64,000 nucleotides of DNA from Utricularia gibba (lineage: Eukaryota; Plantae; Magnoliophyta): contig NEEC01000016.1 in the NCBI GenBank assembly GCA_002189035.1, forward strand, positions 1,054,001-1,118,000, given 5' to 3'. Positions 1-15,181 of this stretch are shown in pieces (the first letter of the stretch is position 1; every line of letters begins with the position of its first letter). The notes under the pieces are model-generated. The model did no database searches. It saw only the letters and a program-made list of their open reading frames with translations, and had not been told where the DNA came from. The translations under genes and the position numbers were made by a program.

Positions 1-13
1 TGTTTTTCATTTA

Positions 14-260
14 TTATATTACTTAGGATTATACTAAAAACAAGTATGTAGATAGATACTAACTAATAAGTATAAATGTTACGGGATTTAATGATTTTTT
101 TTCGTAGTTTCGTATTTATAATAAGTAGAAGGTCTATATTATATTACTTGTGATTATACTAAAAAAAGTATGTAGATAGATACTAACTAATAAGTGTAAA
201 TGGTACAAAAATTAATGATTTTTTTCGGTAGTTTCGTATTTATAATTAGTAGAAGGTGTG
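14..260. repeat. Tandem duplication, about 125-bp period, AT-rich
   Basis: ATTATACTAAAAA..AGTATGTAGATAGATACTAACTAATAAGT...GTAGTTTCGTATTTATAAT.AGTAGAAGGT occurs starting at 28 and again at 153. Confidence 0.85.
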
Positions 261-301
261 TAGTAATCCGAAAAAATAAGAAAAATCAAATTGTATGTGG
301 A

Positions 302-325
302 TTGGGGTTTAGGGTTTTTTAGGGA
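302..325 (+). repeat. Degenerate telomere-like (TTTAGGG) repeat / telo-box in DWF4 upstream region
   Basis: TTGGGGTTTAGGGTTTTTTAGGGA lies about 215 bp upstream of the ATG at 537. Confidence 0.5.
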
Positions 326-491
326 TTGTTGGGAGAGAATGAATGGGTGGGAGATTCTGGTGTCTTCTTCAATGGATTGAAAGGAAATGAATGAATGTTA
401 AAACCTATGAATGTCATTTGCAGAATAAACAAAAAGGGGTATTTAATAGAAAAATGGTATTATTTAATGTGATGTGTGTATTAGTCTATAA

Positions 492-2968
<2,477 letters not shown>

Positions 2969-3257
2969 TAGTGAGAGTAAGCAGTAGATAATTGTTTCTG
3001 AAGAGGGCAGCTTGACCAATAAAAAGGCAAAGCCGATTCATGGTTTCTTAGTGTAATGATGCTCACACATGGACCGGCTTTGTTGGATTCCATTTGGGAC
3101 TTGGGCCGTAGTAGGCAGCTAGCTTTACTTAACAGATAATGAGACTCTGAAACATGGGCCAGCCCAACATGGCTTTGCAACCGGACACGGACACGGACAC
3201 GTGGCGGTATCCGAAGCAAGGGTACATGTTTTTGCAACTGATACAGTGACAACAGGG

Positions 3258-4316
3258 TTAATCAAGCATGTAAATTCTTGAGGCTATATCCTGAACAAGC
3301 CAGTCGAAGCCCTCGAGAAGCCCTTGCCCTGTGTAAGCACTGCATCCCACAATCCTCCAGTGTCGGCTTTTGTCCATGGCATCTAACTCTAGCACCTGTG
3401 GGTTGACATCAGCAACATAAACGTAGCTACAGAACTTCTGCTTCTGTGATTATAACGAAAGTGAAATGAAGCAAAGAGGTAGCAGCTGAGGACATATCGC
3501 ACCTTTGCAATATCATCAGGTGAAAGAGAACCTTGTATGTCCTGCTTATTTGCAAAGATCAATAGGGACGACCCTGACAACCTCTGTCAAAGAAGTAAGG
3601 TATCTTTGTTGAGCATACGAGAAACTAGAAAAGATGCATCATTTGCGTATCTGGTGCACACTAGGACCAAAGTAAATGCATTTTCAAGGCTAAGCAGAGG
3701 AAGGAGAATGCATAGTCACTAAGAAAGATCACAGAGTTGAATGATAAAGCATGCCTCTTCCTTGAGAAGATTATGCAATTCATTCTTGCAGTCATATAGC
3801 CTTCTGCGATCAGAACTATCAACCACCCACACCAACCCATCCGTCTGCTCGAAATAATTCCTCCAATAAGACCGAATTGTTTTTTGTCCTCCAACATCCC
3901 ATATATTCAACGTATACCTGCAGAAACTCAAAACCCTCTTGTCACAAAAAATCGAAGACCAGTTCTCAGCCCCTGAAACAGTAAGTATGCTGCGAAAGCA
4001 TCCAAATTAAATGTTCAAAAGAACATACTTTTGATAAGAGAGAGTTTTAATGTTGAAGCCCAGAGTTGGGCTGATAATGCTGGTATCTTCACCATTAATT
4101 TTCATCACTATCGTTGTCTTCCCCGAATTATCAAGACCCCTGCGAATTTCCCCACAAAGAGACACACATGAACATAAATCAAGGCATTGCAGAATGTAGC
4201 GAAAACCCCATGAAAAGTAATCGAAATCCAAGCAAGCACAATGATAATTACACCATGAGGATGCGCATTTCCTTCTCCTTGCGCTTGATTTTCCTGATGA
4301 CGCTCAGCAGTCCCAT
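3258..4316 (-). CDS. ARL2: ADP-ribosylation factor-like 2 GTPase (TITAN5/HALLIMASCH ortholog), 5 exons
   Basis: Exons 4316-4252, 4139-4029, 3917-3755, 3583-3503, 3395-3258. Translation: [31 protein letters not shown]...[22 protein letters not shown]...FANKQDI...[14 protein letters not shown]. Intron 3 has a GC donor. Confidence 0.95.
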
Positions 4317-4437
4317 TTCTCAAGAGCTTCTCCACCAAGAAGATTCGGTTCGGGCATACAAATTGGTAGGGCTCTCACTTCTGCGTTTCACAACATGGGG
4401 AACACAGTATTACAGACCGCATCAAAACCAAATAATG

Positions 4438-4470
4438 AGGCCCAATTAAAGCCCGTTAAGGGCCCAATAA
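4438..4470. promoter_or_regulatory. Site II (TGGGCY/GGCCCA) elements upstream of ARL2
   Basis: GGCCCAATTAAAGCCCGTTAAGGGCCCAATA lies about 125 bp upstream of the ATG, typical of housekeeping promoters. Confidence 0.5.
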
Positions 4471-4576
4471 CTCCAGGGAAGCAAACACATCTTTTCTTGG
4501 TTTTCTTATATACATGACTACTACATTGTATCATTTCTAAATATTATTTAATTTTATTAAAATATATTTTAATAAT

Positions 4577-4890
4577 TGGAATTAAAGAATTTCTTACTTC
4601 TCATTTTATATACAAATATAAAATGTATAAAAAAAATGAGAATTACATATATTTATAATGTTTTTGTATGTGAAAAAAAAGATAGAATGAATTTTAATGA
4701 ATAATGGAATTTTTTTATTAAAAATATATATGACAAATGGGAATTAAAGAATTTGTTACTTCCTATATTAAATGTACATTTAAAAGTATAAATAAAAATA
4801 TATATGCCATTAAATATATTTATATTGTTTTTGTATGTGAAAAAATGAAAAAAAAAGGAAGAAAATCGAATAAATATTAATGAATAATGA
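4577..4890. repeat. Diverged tandem duplication, about 160-bp period
   Basis: GGAATTAAAGAATTT.TTACTTC...TATATTTATA.TGTTTTTGTATGTGAAAAAA...TTAATGAATAATG occurs at about 4578 and about 4740. Confidence 0.7.
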
Positions 4891-5039
4891 CATTTTGTAT
4901 TAAAAAATTGGATAGCATAAAAGACACACCTTTCTGGATTGGGCTAAGGGGGAAAATTGGAACAGCGAGAAGTAGAATGGGTACAATCCAAGGCGCAAAA
5001 ACTAAGTTTACGGCTCATCCTTTCAGCGTTCTCCGGCGA

Positions 5040-5686
5040 TCAGAATCCGCCGAAATCGTGCACGAATCCCGGCCGGTCGGCGATGCTGAACCGCCACGAG
5101 AGGTACGAGGATCCTCCTCCAGAGCTCGAGTCTTCATCGTAGTTCGAACCCAGTCGCTGTTGTGGCTCTTGTCCCCACACCGTTTGCGGGGTCTCCACCG
5201 CCGTCGCGGCCGTGGCTCTCCTCTCCTCCTTTTTGTAGCGAATCCCACAAGCGTTGCACAACGACTGCACGAAATGACTTTTGCTTTAATCGATCATTTT
5301 CAAGAGGCAATTTTCAGATAACGAAACACATACCTTAGGGCCTTTGGGCCGTTGCGCCAGAGAGGAGTAGAGGTGGTGTCGCAATTAGCGCAGCGTCGAG
5401 CGAGTAGTGGGTCTCCGCCGGCGGCGGCGTCGGGGGAGGCTAGCTGCGCCGTCGCGCTCCTGGAAGAGGAGGAGGCGGAGGAGGAGGTGATGTTCCATCC
5501 GAAGCCGGAGCGGAAGCAAATGCCATCCCGCTTCTTCTCCCTGACGGCATTCTCGCGGCGCGTCGACGGAGTTCCGAGAGAAAGCGTGCAATCCACAGAC
5601 GACGTCGTGGCGGCGTGACTAGACAAAACCTCATGCTGCTGCTGATACATCCCACAAGGGCAAAAACTGCCGCACCTGTGACTCAT
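5040..5686 (-). CDS. HAN: HANABA TARANU-type GATA zinc-finger TF (GATA18/19/20 clade), 2 exons, apparent 1-bp frameshift
   Basis: Exons 5686-5334 and 5264-5040. HAN motif VDCTLSLGTPSTR, zinc finger ARRCANCDTTSTPLWRNGP(K)GPK|SLCNACGIRYKKEERR, C-terminus SWRFSIADRPGFVHDF. One base is missing in GGCCCAAAGG at 5343-5348. Confidence 0.9.
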
Positions 5687-8600
5687 CCCGGTTTCCGATA
5701 CCAAGTTCCAAATGTCCGCCGAGTCGCCGCCGTTGCTGAGTGTTGGAGCCTGCGGTGAGGTCCTGGAGGTTCGCTTTTTATAGGCACCATGGATTGGAAC
5801 AGTCTCAAAATTGACACAGATTCTCTCTTGCCCATTTGGACAGTCAAAAAAGAGCCCACGTGACTGGCGGCAACACTCGAGGCCCCCTCCCCCTAACATA
5901 ACTCTCTTTCAAATGCCAAAATCATGTTAAACACATCAATTTATTATATTAATTGCAAACCCGAACTCTTAAGTTATTATATAATACTCATCTATTTGAG
6001 AAACCACAAACAAGCCCCAACCCAAAAAAGTGTGTATGGAAATTAGGCGAATCCCAGATCAATTATGAATGAAATAAAAAAAATAATGTATATAAATACA
6101 ATTTATTTAATTTTAGATGAATTCATTTTATCGAAAAGAATGCAAAATCGTAAAGATTAGATATTCAAAATAAACAATATACTGCAATTATATAATGTAT
6201 TGTTAAATTTCGCACCAAGATGCGAATATGAAATCACAATATTACTTTGTTTTATATTAAATATTACATGTTAATTATATCATTAACGATAAATATTGAT
6301 ATTTAGAAATATGAAATTATTTTCATGTATTATGTTTAATTCATATGATTAGATAAGAGAGGTGAGGTGCACATTCACATTTTTCTTTTTAAAAAATCTA
6401 TCTTAATCTCATATTTATTTAAAATTAAGAAATAATTATAAAATAATTCACTATACTATTTTAACCGTATTCTTTTTTTTAAATATCGAAACATTAAAAG
6501 TATATTTGGTTTTTTTCATTCAAAAATCGCTTAAAATAAAATAGAATCATTATTTATTTTTAAAAAATAAGGAATTTTTATAAATTTTTATTTTTGAACC
6601 GTTAGAATTTCTGTTCAAACCAAAGTTGATAACCGAACTGGGTAAAGGTGCAAAAGCTGCAGTCCTTGTTCCGGCGATGACGTCTGCAAGGTGGAGTCCT
6701 CATTCCGGTCGACTGTCGAACAGATTCGATTCGTTTTTGCCGTCGGCCGCCGGTGCCCACACTCTGCAATCGCATGTACGGTTACAGTAACTTGAACATG
6801 GTTTGTTCGTTGTTGGAGACAGAGCTGGAGAGTCTGATTAGGGTGCGCATTATTAAAAAGCAGAAGAAGGAGGATCTGATGTCGGGATGAAAAACAAAAG
6901 AATCCTGGGCCTCTGGTACTCATCTCAAACCAAGAGAAATGCAATGTTCCTCTGCAAATCTTTGACCGCGCGAGAAAGGCAAAGCTACCCACTCCTCCTA
7001 CTACTTCCCTGTGTTTGTTTCCTTTATTTTTTTAAAAAAATTTCTTCTTTTTATGGAGCCTCAAAAACCCAGATCAGATCATCATTAATACTGACTGTAA
7101 TCAGTTGTTATTCCATGTTAATTGTGATTATGTTATTTTTTTTGGAGTGTTAGAACAGTTTATCTACTTATGATTTGAAATTGAAATAGTTAATTATATA
7201 AAAAATATACATTTTTAATAATCAATTGAGATTTTTTAAACTTGATCTATGTTTTTTGTATATTTCAATCTTCAGTGCATTCTTCTAATCCATCATATCA
7301 TTAATTTCAACATAGTAATTTGAGTATTGTATTAAAACAAATAATATCACAACAAGACTTGAAATTAAAATTATAAAATAGGTAATAAATTATAAATTAT
7401 TAGTTTTCGATTGAATATAATTTTTTCTAATGTGATATATTTTTTTATGTGTTTAGAGCTCATGCGTTCCCATACCCATCACACCCTAAATGTTAGCATG
7501 AATAATGTAAAAAATAATACCTCTAAAAAAAGAAAGAAAAAAGAGTGGATGGATGCGGCGAGAGCGCATGAAGAAGGGTCGGGTCGTATTGGACAAGGTG
7601 GGACCCGCTGAGGGAGAGGAGCAATTTCCTAAGCCATTGTTATTCCCTGGAGCAGGCCGCTGGGCCCACCCTCTTCCACGAAAAGGCCTGATGATTGCCG
7701 TTAATTCTCGCGCCACGTGTCGTTGACCAGCCATGCAATTCCCATGCAAGGCTAGCTTTAATTTAAATTATTTTTCTCTTCAAGTGCAGAAATAAATAAT
7801 AAATAAAAATGAATATAAAAATATAAATAATGAGGAAAAAAAAGAAAAAGACATGGGGATCGGCGAGATCGATCCAACCCCGTACTTGTCTAGTCCCGAC
7901 TTTGATGGAAATCGATTTGTCCAATTCTCACCAAACCAAAAAATAATTTCATCAAGAAATATGACACAAATTCTATTTAAAAAAGGGAATAAATGTAAAA
8001 TGTGTTTCTTTTATTTTTAATAATTTATAAATGTTTTGTTTAGGACCTTATAATAGTATCTCATAATGGCTATAGATGGAAGATAGAATGTGTTTTATTA
8101 GAGAAATCACCTTAATATTGTATTAATTTTGTTATTCGAAATGAAAAATATAGGACAAAAAAATAAAAAAGAAGTTATTTTAGCAGTTCATTGTAATAAA
8201 AACAATGTGACACAACAGTGAAATGATCTTAGCATCGGATTGTAATTTTAAAAAAATAGTGGGGAAATTGGGTAAAAAAAATAGGAAAAAGAAACGAAAA
8301 GAAAAGAAGCGCCTAAAAAGCAACGTAGGAGGAGACTGCAAGTAAGTTTTCAAGGGGGAATCCGGGTTCCCCAACGGAGCTTCTTTTTGTAATCTGTGTT
8401 CCCGTTCCCGTAGTCCCACACCCTAAAGGCGACACATTTTGGCGACTAGATCTGCACCCCTCCACTCGCATTCACTCACAGTCCACACCCCATTTCTCTC
8501 TTGAGCGCAGACGATTCTCTGAATGAGGGTTCGACCCGGAGCAGAAATTGATTCCCTGTGGTTTTCTCACATGTCCAAATCCCAATTCGAAAGGATGATC

Positions 8601-10837
8601 ATCCGGACCCTGAATGGGTGCAGAGTTCGATCCCATCCATGCTCTGGATTCCACCTTTAGTGGCCTGTGGCTGTGTCTTTTGCTCTTTTGACTTTGTAAA
8701 ATAAGCGCCACTAATCAGTCCACCTTTTTGAATGCCAATCGCCTAATAACGAACCATTTGCGAAAAGGGTTTGACGCAAAAGGGGAAGCTGATTGATATC
8801 GAACAACTCCAAGCCTTAGGAGCGAAGCATGCTCGTGAATGTAGTGCGATGGAATGCGTTTGCAACTAGATCGACTTCTGATGCCACATGGTGACTTTGC
8901 ATAATATTGTTTGTTTTGACGATTTTACGTTTTTTCTAAAAAGAGAAAAGGTATAATACGAAATTAGGTGTATTTCTCTATATCATTATAAACCCCTTGT
9001 ACTTAGAGGGTCGGTGGGAGGGAATTTGTTAGTGTTGCTATTTTTTTTTTTTAATTTGGGGGAAAAGGGAAGTATTTTAGGGAATGGGTAAATGTGGAGT
9101 GAAGCTTTGTTTCGTTGGGTAGTGGTGACGATGCATGGGGAAATGGAGTGAAAGAGGAAAGGGAACGTGGACCCCTTCCCCGCCGGGAATGACAACAACA
9201 CATGCGGGTGTGTGTGTGTGTGTGTGTGACGACGAATGGGAATTCAGAGGTCCGCATCCTTATGGACAAAGGAAAGGAACTACTCCGCCGCCGCCCCGCC
9301 TCCAAATTCTTCTGTTTTCCGGTCAGCTACAGCGGCTGCTAGTTGCTCCTCCTTTCTCCGGAATGTTCAGCACATACTGGGCCCGTACATGCAACGTGTT
9401 CCGGCGGGCCGGTTGAGACCTCAGCACGGCTGTCGGAATCGCGGTTATGATGGGGAATTGAGCCCGGTAACAATACTTTGAGCCGGGTCGACATGGATTT
9501 TGGACTTTAACGGAAGCCCAATAATAAGCCCACATATATAAATAATTAAATAGAAACCTTTTTCTTCTGAGGGTATAATCGGATGTCCCTGCGTGGCGGA
9601 CAGATCGACATGTAGGGACCGGCGCTGTCACGGATAGATGCAGCCGCCGGCCAAGATCGGAATCCCAGTCCCCAACCTTATCAATCACCGGTGAGCCAGA
9701 TTGCGACTCCAATTCTTTAGTTCGTCGACGTGATCCGGACGACGCCTCCTCCGACGGGCAGAACCCGTCAAGGATTCCAATTCGCCCGCAAATGATGTGC
9801 AACTCTCCAACCCTAGTACCGACGATAAGATGGGTGCCTTCGCAAACAGCAGCTTCATCCTCCTCCTCCTCCTCCAATTCCCTACCCCATGTCATCAGAG
9901 CTTTGTCACCGGAGGGCAAGGCTGAGACTGCTTTCAGTTCTCTCGCGAAGAGCATCATCCATCAGCAACCGGCTCTCACGGCTGGATCTTTTATTCACAT
10001 ACGCTATACATCTCTTTCTTCCCAATAGCTTAAACAAATTGGTGTTTCGGGACTCAAAGCCAGTTATTTGCAGGATTTGGCAAATAAGCACATATATGGG
10101 ATCTCGTCGGATGAGGTTATTGTAAACATGGATCATAAATATGGTCGTAACATTTTCCCTGCGAAGACCAGATGTGTTTGCCGCTTACCGATTTGGGGTG
10201 TTAGGACTCGATCGCAGCTATTACATGATTTGGATGAGCTGCTTAGGCTTTTCACAGATGGAACGGAACACCTTTTGTGAAAAATGGCGGCCTATCACCG
10301 GAGCATCGCAAAGGGAAACGAATCATCATCTCCCAGTAAGAATCTCACGGCTCCGCAGGGTGGCGGCCTTGTGCAGCCATTACAGCAAATAGAGTCACAG
10401 CAGCATCATCTGCAGCTTGTCGAAAGCACTGGAAACGAAGGGATATTCACTTTTCGTTTGATTGAACATGGAAATCTATCAGTTTCGCTGCCTGCCCTCT
10501 TCTTCTGCTGTGTTCTCTTCTGGTAAAGGTTAGGTGGGGGAGAGGTGGCGATTTGCCGCCAGGGGCCGTGGCCCCCATATATATATTTTTTTAATTTTAA
10601 CATTATTGTTTTTGAATTGATTTAAAAATTTGATTCATCTATATATTATTTTAGGAAATTCATATTAGCTATAATTCGAAATTTAAAAAATTAATTTAAT
10701 CCGAGAGTCGGGAGATTTTTATTTATTGAATTTATTTCGAGTACAGTATCTAATGCGAAAAAGACTCTCGTCGCCGGCGGCTGAGTGGATTCTGGGAAGA
10801 AAATGGTGCGTGCTTGTGATGCTGGGATGCTTACATC

Positions 10838-11080
10838 TCAGCGCTTCTTTTGGGTGGTGATGTATTCTGGAAAGGGAATGGCGCCGTCCTCAATGTGCCT
10901 GAGATCCTCCAACAGGATCTGGTAGTGCTGCTTAACTTCCTCGATGGATTTTCCGACAGCCCTGGCCACGTTGTGCCACCGGTCCGGGGTGTCCCTATCG
11001 TAGATGGCCAACGCCCTCTCGAACAGCTTGTTCTGCCTCGGCGTCCACGACGAGCAGCTGCTGCTGTCCTTGGATGCCAT
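10838..11080 (-). CDS. RADIALIS-like single SANT/MYB protein (80 aa)
   Basis: [73 protein letters not shown] is the RAD/RL signature. Confidence 0.93.
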   Translation of the reverse strand: MASKDSSSCSSWTPRQNKLFERALAIYDRDTPDRWHNVARAVGKSIEEVKQHYQILLEDLRHIEDGAIPFPEYITTQKKR

Positions 11081-11579
11081 CTCAGAGAGGGAGGAGGGAA
11101 CGAGGAACGAACAAGGGATGAATGATGATGGAAGTGGTGTTGTGGGGGCGATGCTTATATACTGCTCAAGGGGGGAAGTTGATTCCTGCAAATTGGGGAA
11201 TATATCTCTTGCATATGGCAAAAAAAAACTGGGAATCTCTCCCAGTGGCTATGGAATATTCATTCATTTTTCACCTGCAAAAATCTCATCCATCAAAAGT
11301 TGCTGAAGATGCATCATATCATGGAACTACTAGCAGCTGCTTTTGCTTCCTTGTTCTCCTTCACACCCCCAGTCTACGGTGGCTGTTGCTTTTCGATCAG
11401 ATGCAACCCCAAGTGGAGGATAATATCGGATTGGATGAGCGGTGTGTGTCTGATTCTTGCTCGTAGAAACCGCGGTGGCTAAGTTATTCCATACTGTCAA
11501 GTGGCTGTGTTGCTACGGGTGATTGAACCACGATCACATTGTTTTCTTTTTGCTGATGGGGAATCAATAAAGCATCCTG

Positions 11580-12599
11580 ATCCAACAGTATCTAGACAGT
11601 CCACTCAGAGAAGAAGAACATAGCTCTGAGTCAGATCCATTGCTGAGAAAGAGAATGATTCTCCAAAAAGGGTGGTCCGGTCCACCTTCCAGATATCCTC
11701 CTGAAACCTCCAGAAAAATAGGAATCAAATGCAACGGCAGCATCTTGCTGCTGTTGCTCCACTTGAATTCATGAGGTGTGTAAACCCTGTATTATAGCTT
11801 GAGTTGGTTCTTTTTTTTTTTCCCAAGATTCCTGCAAAAAAGCTACTATCCCTGAATCGAAACACAAGATGTGTGTTCAAGTTCATTTCGTGGAAGAGGC
11901 TGAACGTGGAGTATTCTGAAGCAGCAGATGCCATACAATCTGACTGAACAACCGGGGAATATAATGCATATTCTCTTTTTCCCACTTGCCTTGAGAATTC
12001 TTCAACGTCATCCATTTACAGAGAAAGACAGCAACGATCTCAAATCCTCGTCTATCAGCCCGACCCAACCAAACCCTTCTTCAGTAGCAGCATAAAATGC
12101 CACCCATTCCGTTTTCATGCAGCTGATACAACTTGGAATGCTAATGAACTCAGCCCTCCTCTGACACCACATGAACATCTTGTAATGAAATCACAACCCA
12201 AGTTGCAGGGTTTTAGGTTTTGCTCATCTGGGAGCTTTCTTATCCATCACTGGTCTGCTACAGTACTGCCAAGTTCTGCATTTTGTATCATCTTATCGTG
12301 TTGTGAGCATTTACTGTTAGTTTTGTGTCGACAATCCTTATGAGAGATCCAATCAAGCCAATCGAATAACTTATAAGTTGGGAACATTAACATTAACCTT
12401 CTGGTGGACCAAGCAACGCAAACCAGGTCCTACTTGACAGAAAGTTGATCTGGACCTCAAAGAAAGTAGGCCCTCTGCCTGATCCAAATGCAAATGCATC
12501 CCCCCTTTGGCGCACATACGCACTAAATGACTCCGCCAGCTGTTTCAAGCTCACATGGATGCAACCTTTTCTTCTCCATCATTCTTCACACGAAAGCCT

Positions 12600-12630
<31 letters not shown>

Positions 12631-13240
12631 TTTCTGCGATACGCATCCGGATAATGCAATTTAGTATCGATAAAACCACCCAAACGGAACCGACAATGGG
12701 ATCTGCAGTCGGCTCAATCCAAAGAGGACAGTGTGAACTCGGTCGACCGGATACCTGCCCCCTTTGGCGCTGGGGTCTGGGATGATGCCGACTGGTTACT
12801 AGTCTCCCTCCTTTGTCCCCATCCTTTCCATTTGTGCTCCTAACCTTGGAGCGCGTGGGCCGTCTGCTTATCTCCTCAAATAAACAATACAGTCGATGAT
12901 ATGCAAAAGCTGTGCTCCGCACAGAGAAAACGGGCCCAGAAATTCTTTTTTCCAAGCATCGTTCTCTAAAACTGACATTGTCCCGCATCAATTCATCACC
13001 ATTGCCTCCCTCTTTCATAGACTTGATCGAAGAGGGAGGTCCAGACTCCCTATTTTATTGTCCAAACTCCCCCAAGCATCACTCATCAGCTCTTCTCCAA
13101 CCCATTACGCCTCAGTCTCCTCTCCACAAAGCAAGTTGTGTAGTTTTTGTTCTGCTTCTTGAAAATCACTCTCCAATGGCGTCTCTGTACCCTTTTCATC
13201 TTAATGGAGTTGATAATCACATGGCTAATACGTATTAGGC
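11580..13240 (+). pseudogene. Possible heavily eroded gene (weak resemblance to PUB5-type U-box/ARM protein)
   Basis: Coding-like GC content with many stops and frameshifts. The fragments APLEF, KLLSLNRNT..FISW, LENSSTSSI and HLNGVDN loosely recall U-box and ARM segments. Not alignable without tools. Confidence 0.2.
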
Positions 13241-13544
13241 CTTGTAATTCACCCCTTAAATCCAATCAATACTCATTATTCAAAGTAGTCACTAAGTGGT
13301 CCTAAGAACAAAGACCCCTGCTTTTCTTTAAGACCATACATCATTGTGGATTCAATGTGTCGGTGCCCTTCACCTAAACAAAATCAATTTAAGGGGAAAA
13401 AAATGCTAATGATGCTTCTCTTGATCTATGGAAATCAACACACCATGTGAAATGGTGGAATCCCCTCTGTGCTGTTTTAACCGAAAGAAAGAAAGAAAGA
13501 TTAGTGGGGTTGATGTTGAAATGCGTAATCCTACCCGTTATCGT

Positions 13545-13590
13545 GTTTGGGGTTTGGGGTTTAGGGTTTTAGATTTGGGGTTTAGGGTCT
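13545..13590 (+). repeat. Degenerate telomere-like repeat array upstream of bHLH gene
   Basis: GTTTGGGGTTTGGGGTTTAGGGTTTTAGATTTGGGGTTTAGGGTCT lies about 250 bp upstream of the ATG at 13830. Confidence 0.6.
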
Positions 13591-13675
13591 GGATTTTGAG
13601 GAATTTTGGGGAGATGGGAGGGGTAATGTGCAAATATGAGATATGATATGTGTATTTTAATACACGGGACAAGGG

Positions 13676-13758
13676 CACGTGGTGTGGTTGCACCACTGGC
13701 ACAGTGGCGGGGTTGGGCTCCACCACCCCCTCCGGTCTCCTCCCGCTTCTTATAAAAA
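13676..13758 (+). promoter_or_regulatory. G-box and TATA box of bHLH gene
   Basis: CACGTG at 13676-13681 and TATAAAAA at about 13751-13758, upstream of the ATG at 13830. Confidence 0.55.
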
Positions 13759-13829
13759 AGAAACCCTTGGGATCGTCTCCGGCTACGCCTCACACTCTCC
13801 ATTTCGACGGCGACGGCTCTCCGGGGAAC

Positions 13830-15181
13830 ATGGACATGTCTCTGCTCCAACGCCACCGCCTCATGCTCCGGCAACAGGCTCGTCATTCTTCGTTACCGAT
13901 CTCTCCCGATCGCGAGAATATCGTCGCGCATTCCTTGCTGGATCCTCGATCTCTTGACGGAGCTCTTCAATACGATCATACCGGAGCGTACTCCATGGTT
14001 TCCAACGGTAGTTGCTCCTCCGCCGCAGCGCCGAAGACGAGAAGACGATGCAACAGTACCGTGTACGGGAAAAGGAGACCGCAGGTTGGTTCGATTTGCT
14101 TTTCGCCTCGCCTTCTTAGTTCGGGATAGGGAAAATCTTCCGTGTCCTGATGTTTATTTTCCTGGGAAATGTATATGCAGAATGATATTGAGGAACAGGA
14201 GGAGGAGGAGGAAACAGGGGAGGAGAAATCGGAGATCAGCATTAAAGCTGAGAGAGAATCATCGTCTTGTAAAGATAGTTTCAAGGGTCCCGAGGCTCAG
14301 AAACAGAATCAGTCGGATTATATTCACGTCAGGGCGAGACGAGGCCAGGCCACTGACAGCCACAGCCTCGCAGAACGGGTACGCGTTCTGAAATTGCCCT
14401 CAAAAGCAAAGCTTACTCCCTGTTTGTGTTGGTGCGCTCGTAGTTGATGATGAAATGACTGGCTGAACGCAGGCGAGACGAGAGAAGATCAGCAAGAAGA
14501 TGAAATGCTTGCAAGATTTGGTTCCAGGTTGCAATAAAGTCACCGGAAAAGCTGGAATGCTGGATGAAATCATCAACTATGTTCAGTCTCTTCAAAAACA
14601 AGTAGAGGTTGGTGGTTGGTTGGTTTAAGTAAACTTCTCCTGGTTATTTATCTCATCTCTTTCATCCATGTTTAACTTGATCTGCTGCTTTCTTGCAGTT
14701 CCTTTCCATGAAACTGGTGGCTGTAAATCGGAAGCTCGACTTCAATCCCGACAACTTGTTCATGAAAGAGGTGAGTTGATGGATTTCCCTCCTCTCTAGC
14801 TCGAAGGGTTGATGAATGAAAACAAATGGTTTGCTCTGCAGGCTCCTGCGGCATATGCAGGGTGTATAACTTTATCAGGTGCAACAGCAGTTACACAGCT
14901 TGAGCCGGCAAATCCAAGCTGCTTCCATTACAACCTAATCCAGCAGCATGGATCCTCAAACCCTGTATCGGTAGATCAGGCTCAATCTATGCCTGAAAAG
15001 TCGTCTCTCTCAATCCCAGACACCCTGCTCGAGTCTTCCTTTACGCAGGTAGATTTACGAACCCTTTTCTCAGACACCCCACTTTGGTCTGCTTCAAGTC
15101 TTCAGAGCAGTAAGATGTGTAAAGCAGGTGCCGAGCTGGGACTTAGACTGGCAGGGTCTTTTGAACGCTGGCTTTCAATGA
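13830..15181 (+). CDS. bHLH subfamily XII TF (HBI1/BEE2/CIB1-like), about 6 exons
   Basis: [21 protein letters not shown]|[45 protein letters not shown]|FLSMKL with canonical GT-AG introns. The last exon (15155-15181) is tentative. Confidence 0.92.

Noticed and set aside
8524-8640. tRNA/SINE B-box-like motifs (GGTTCGACCC, GTTCGATCC), also a similar one at about 35895
   Set aside because: No A-box, cloverleaf or poly(A)/TSD structure.
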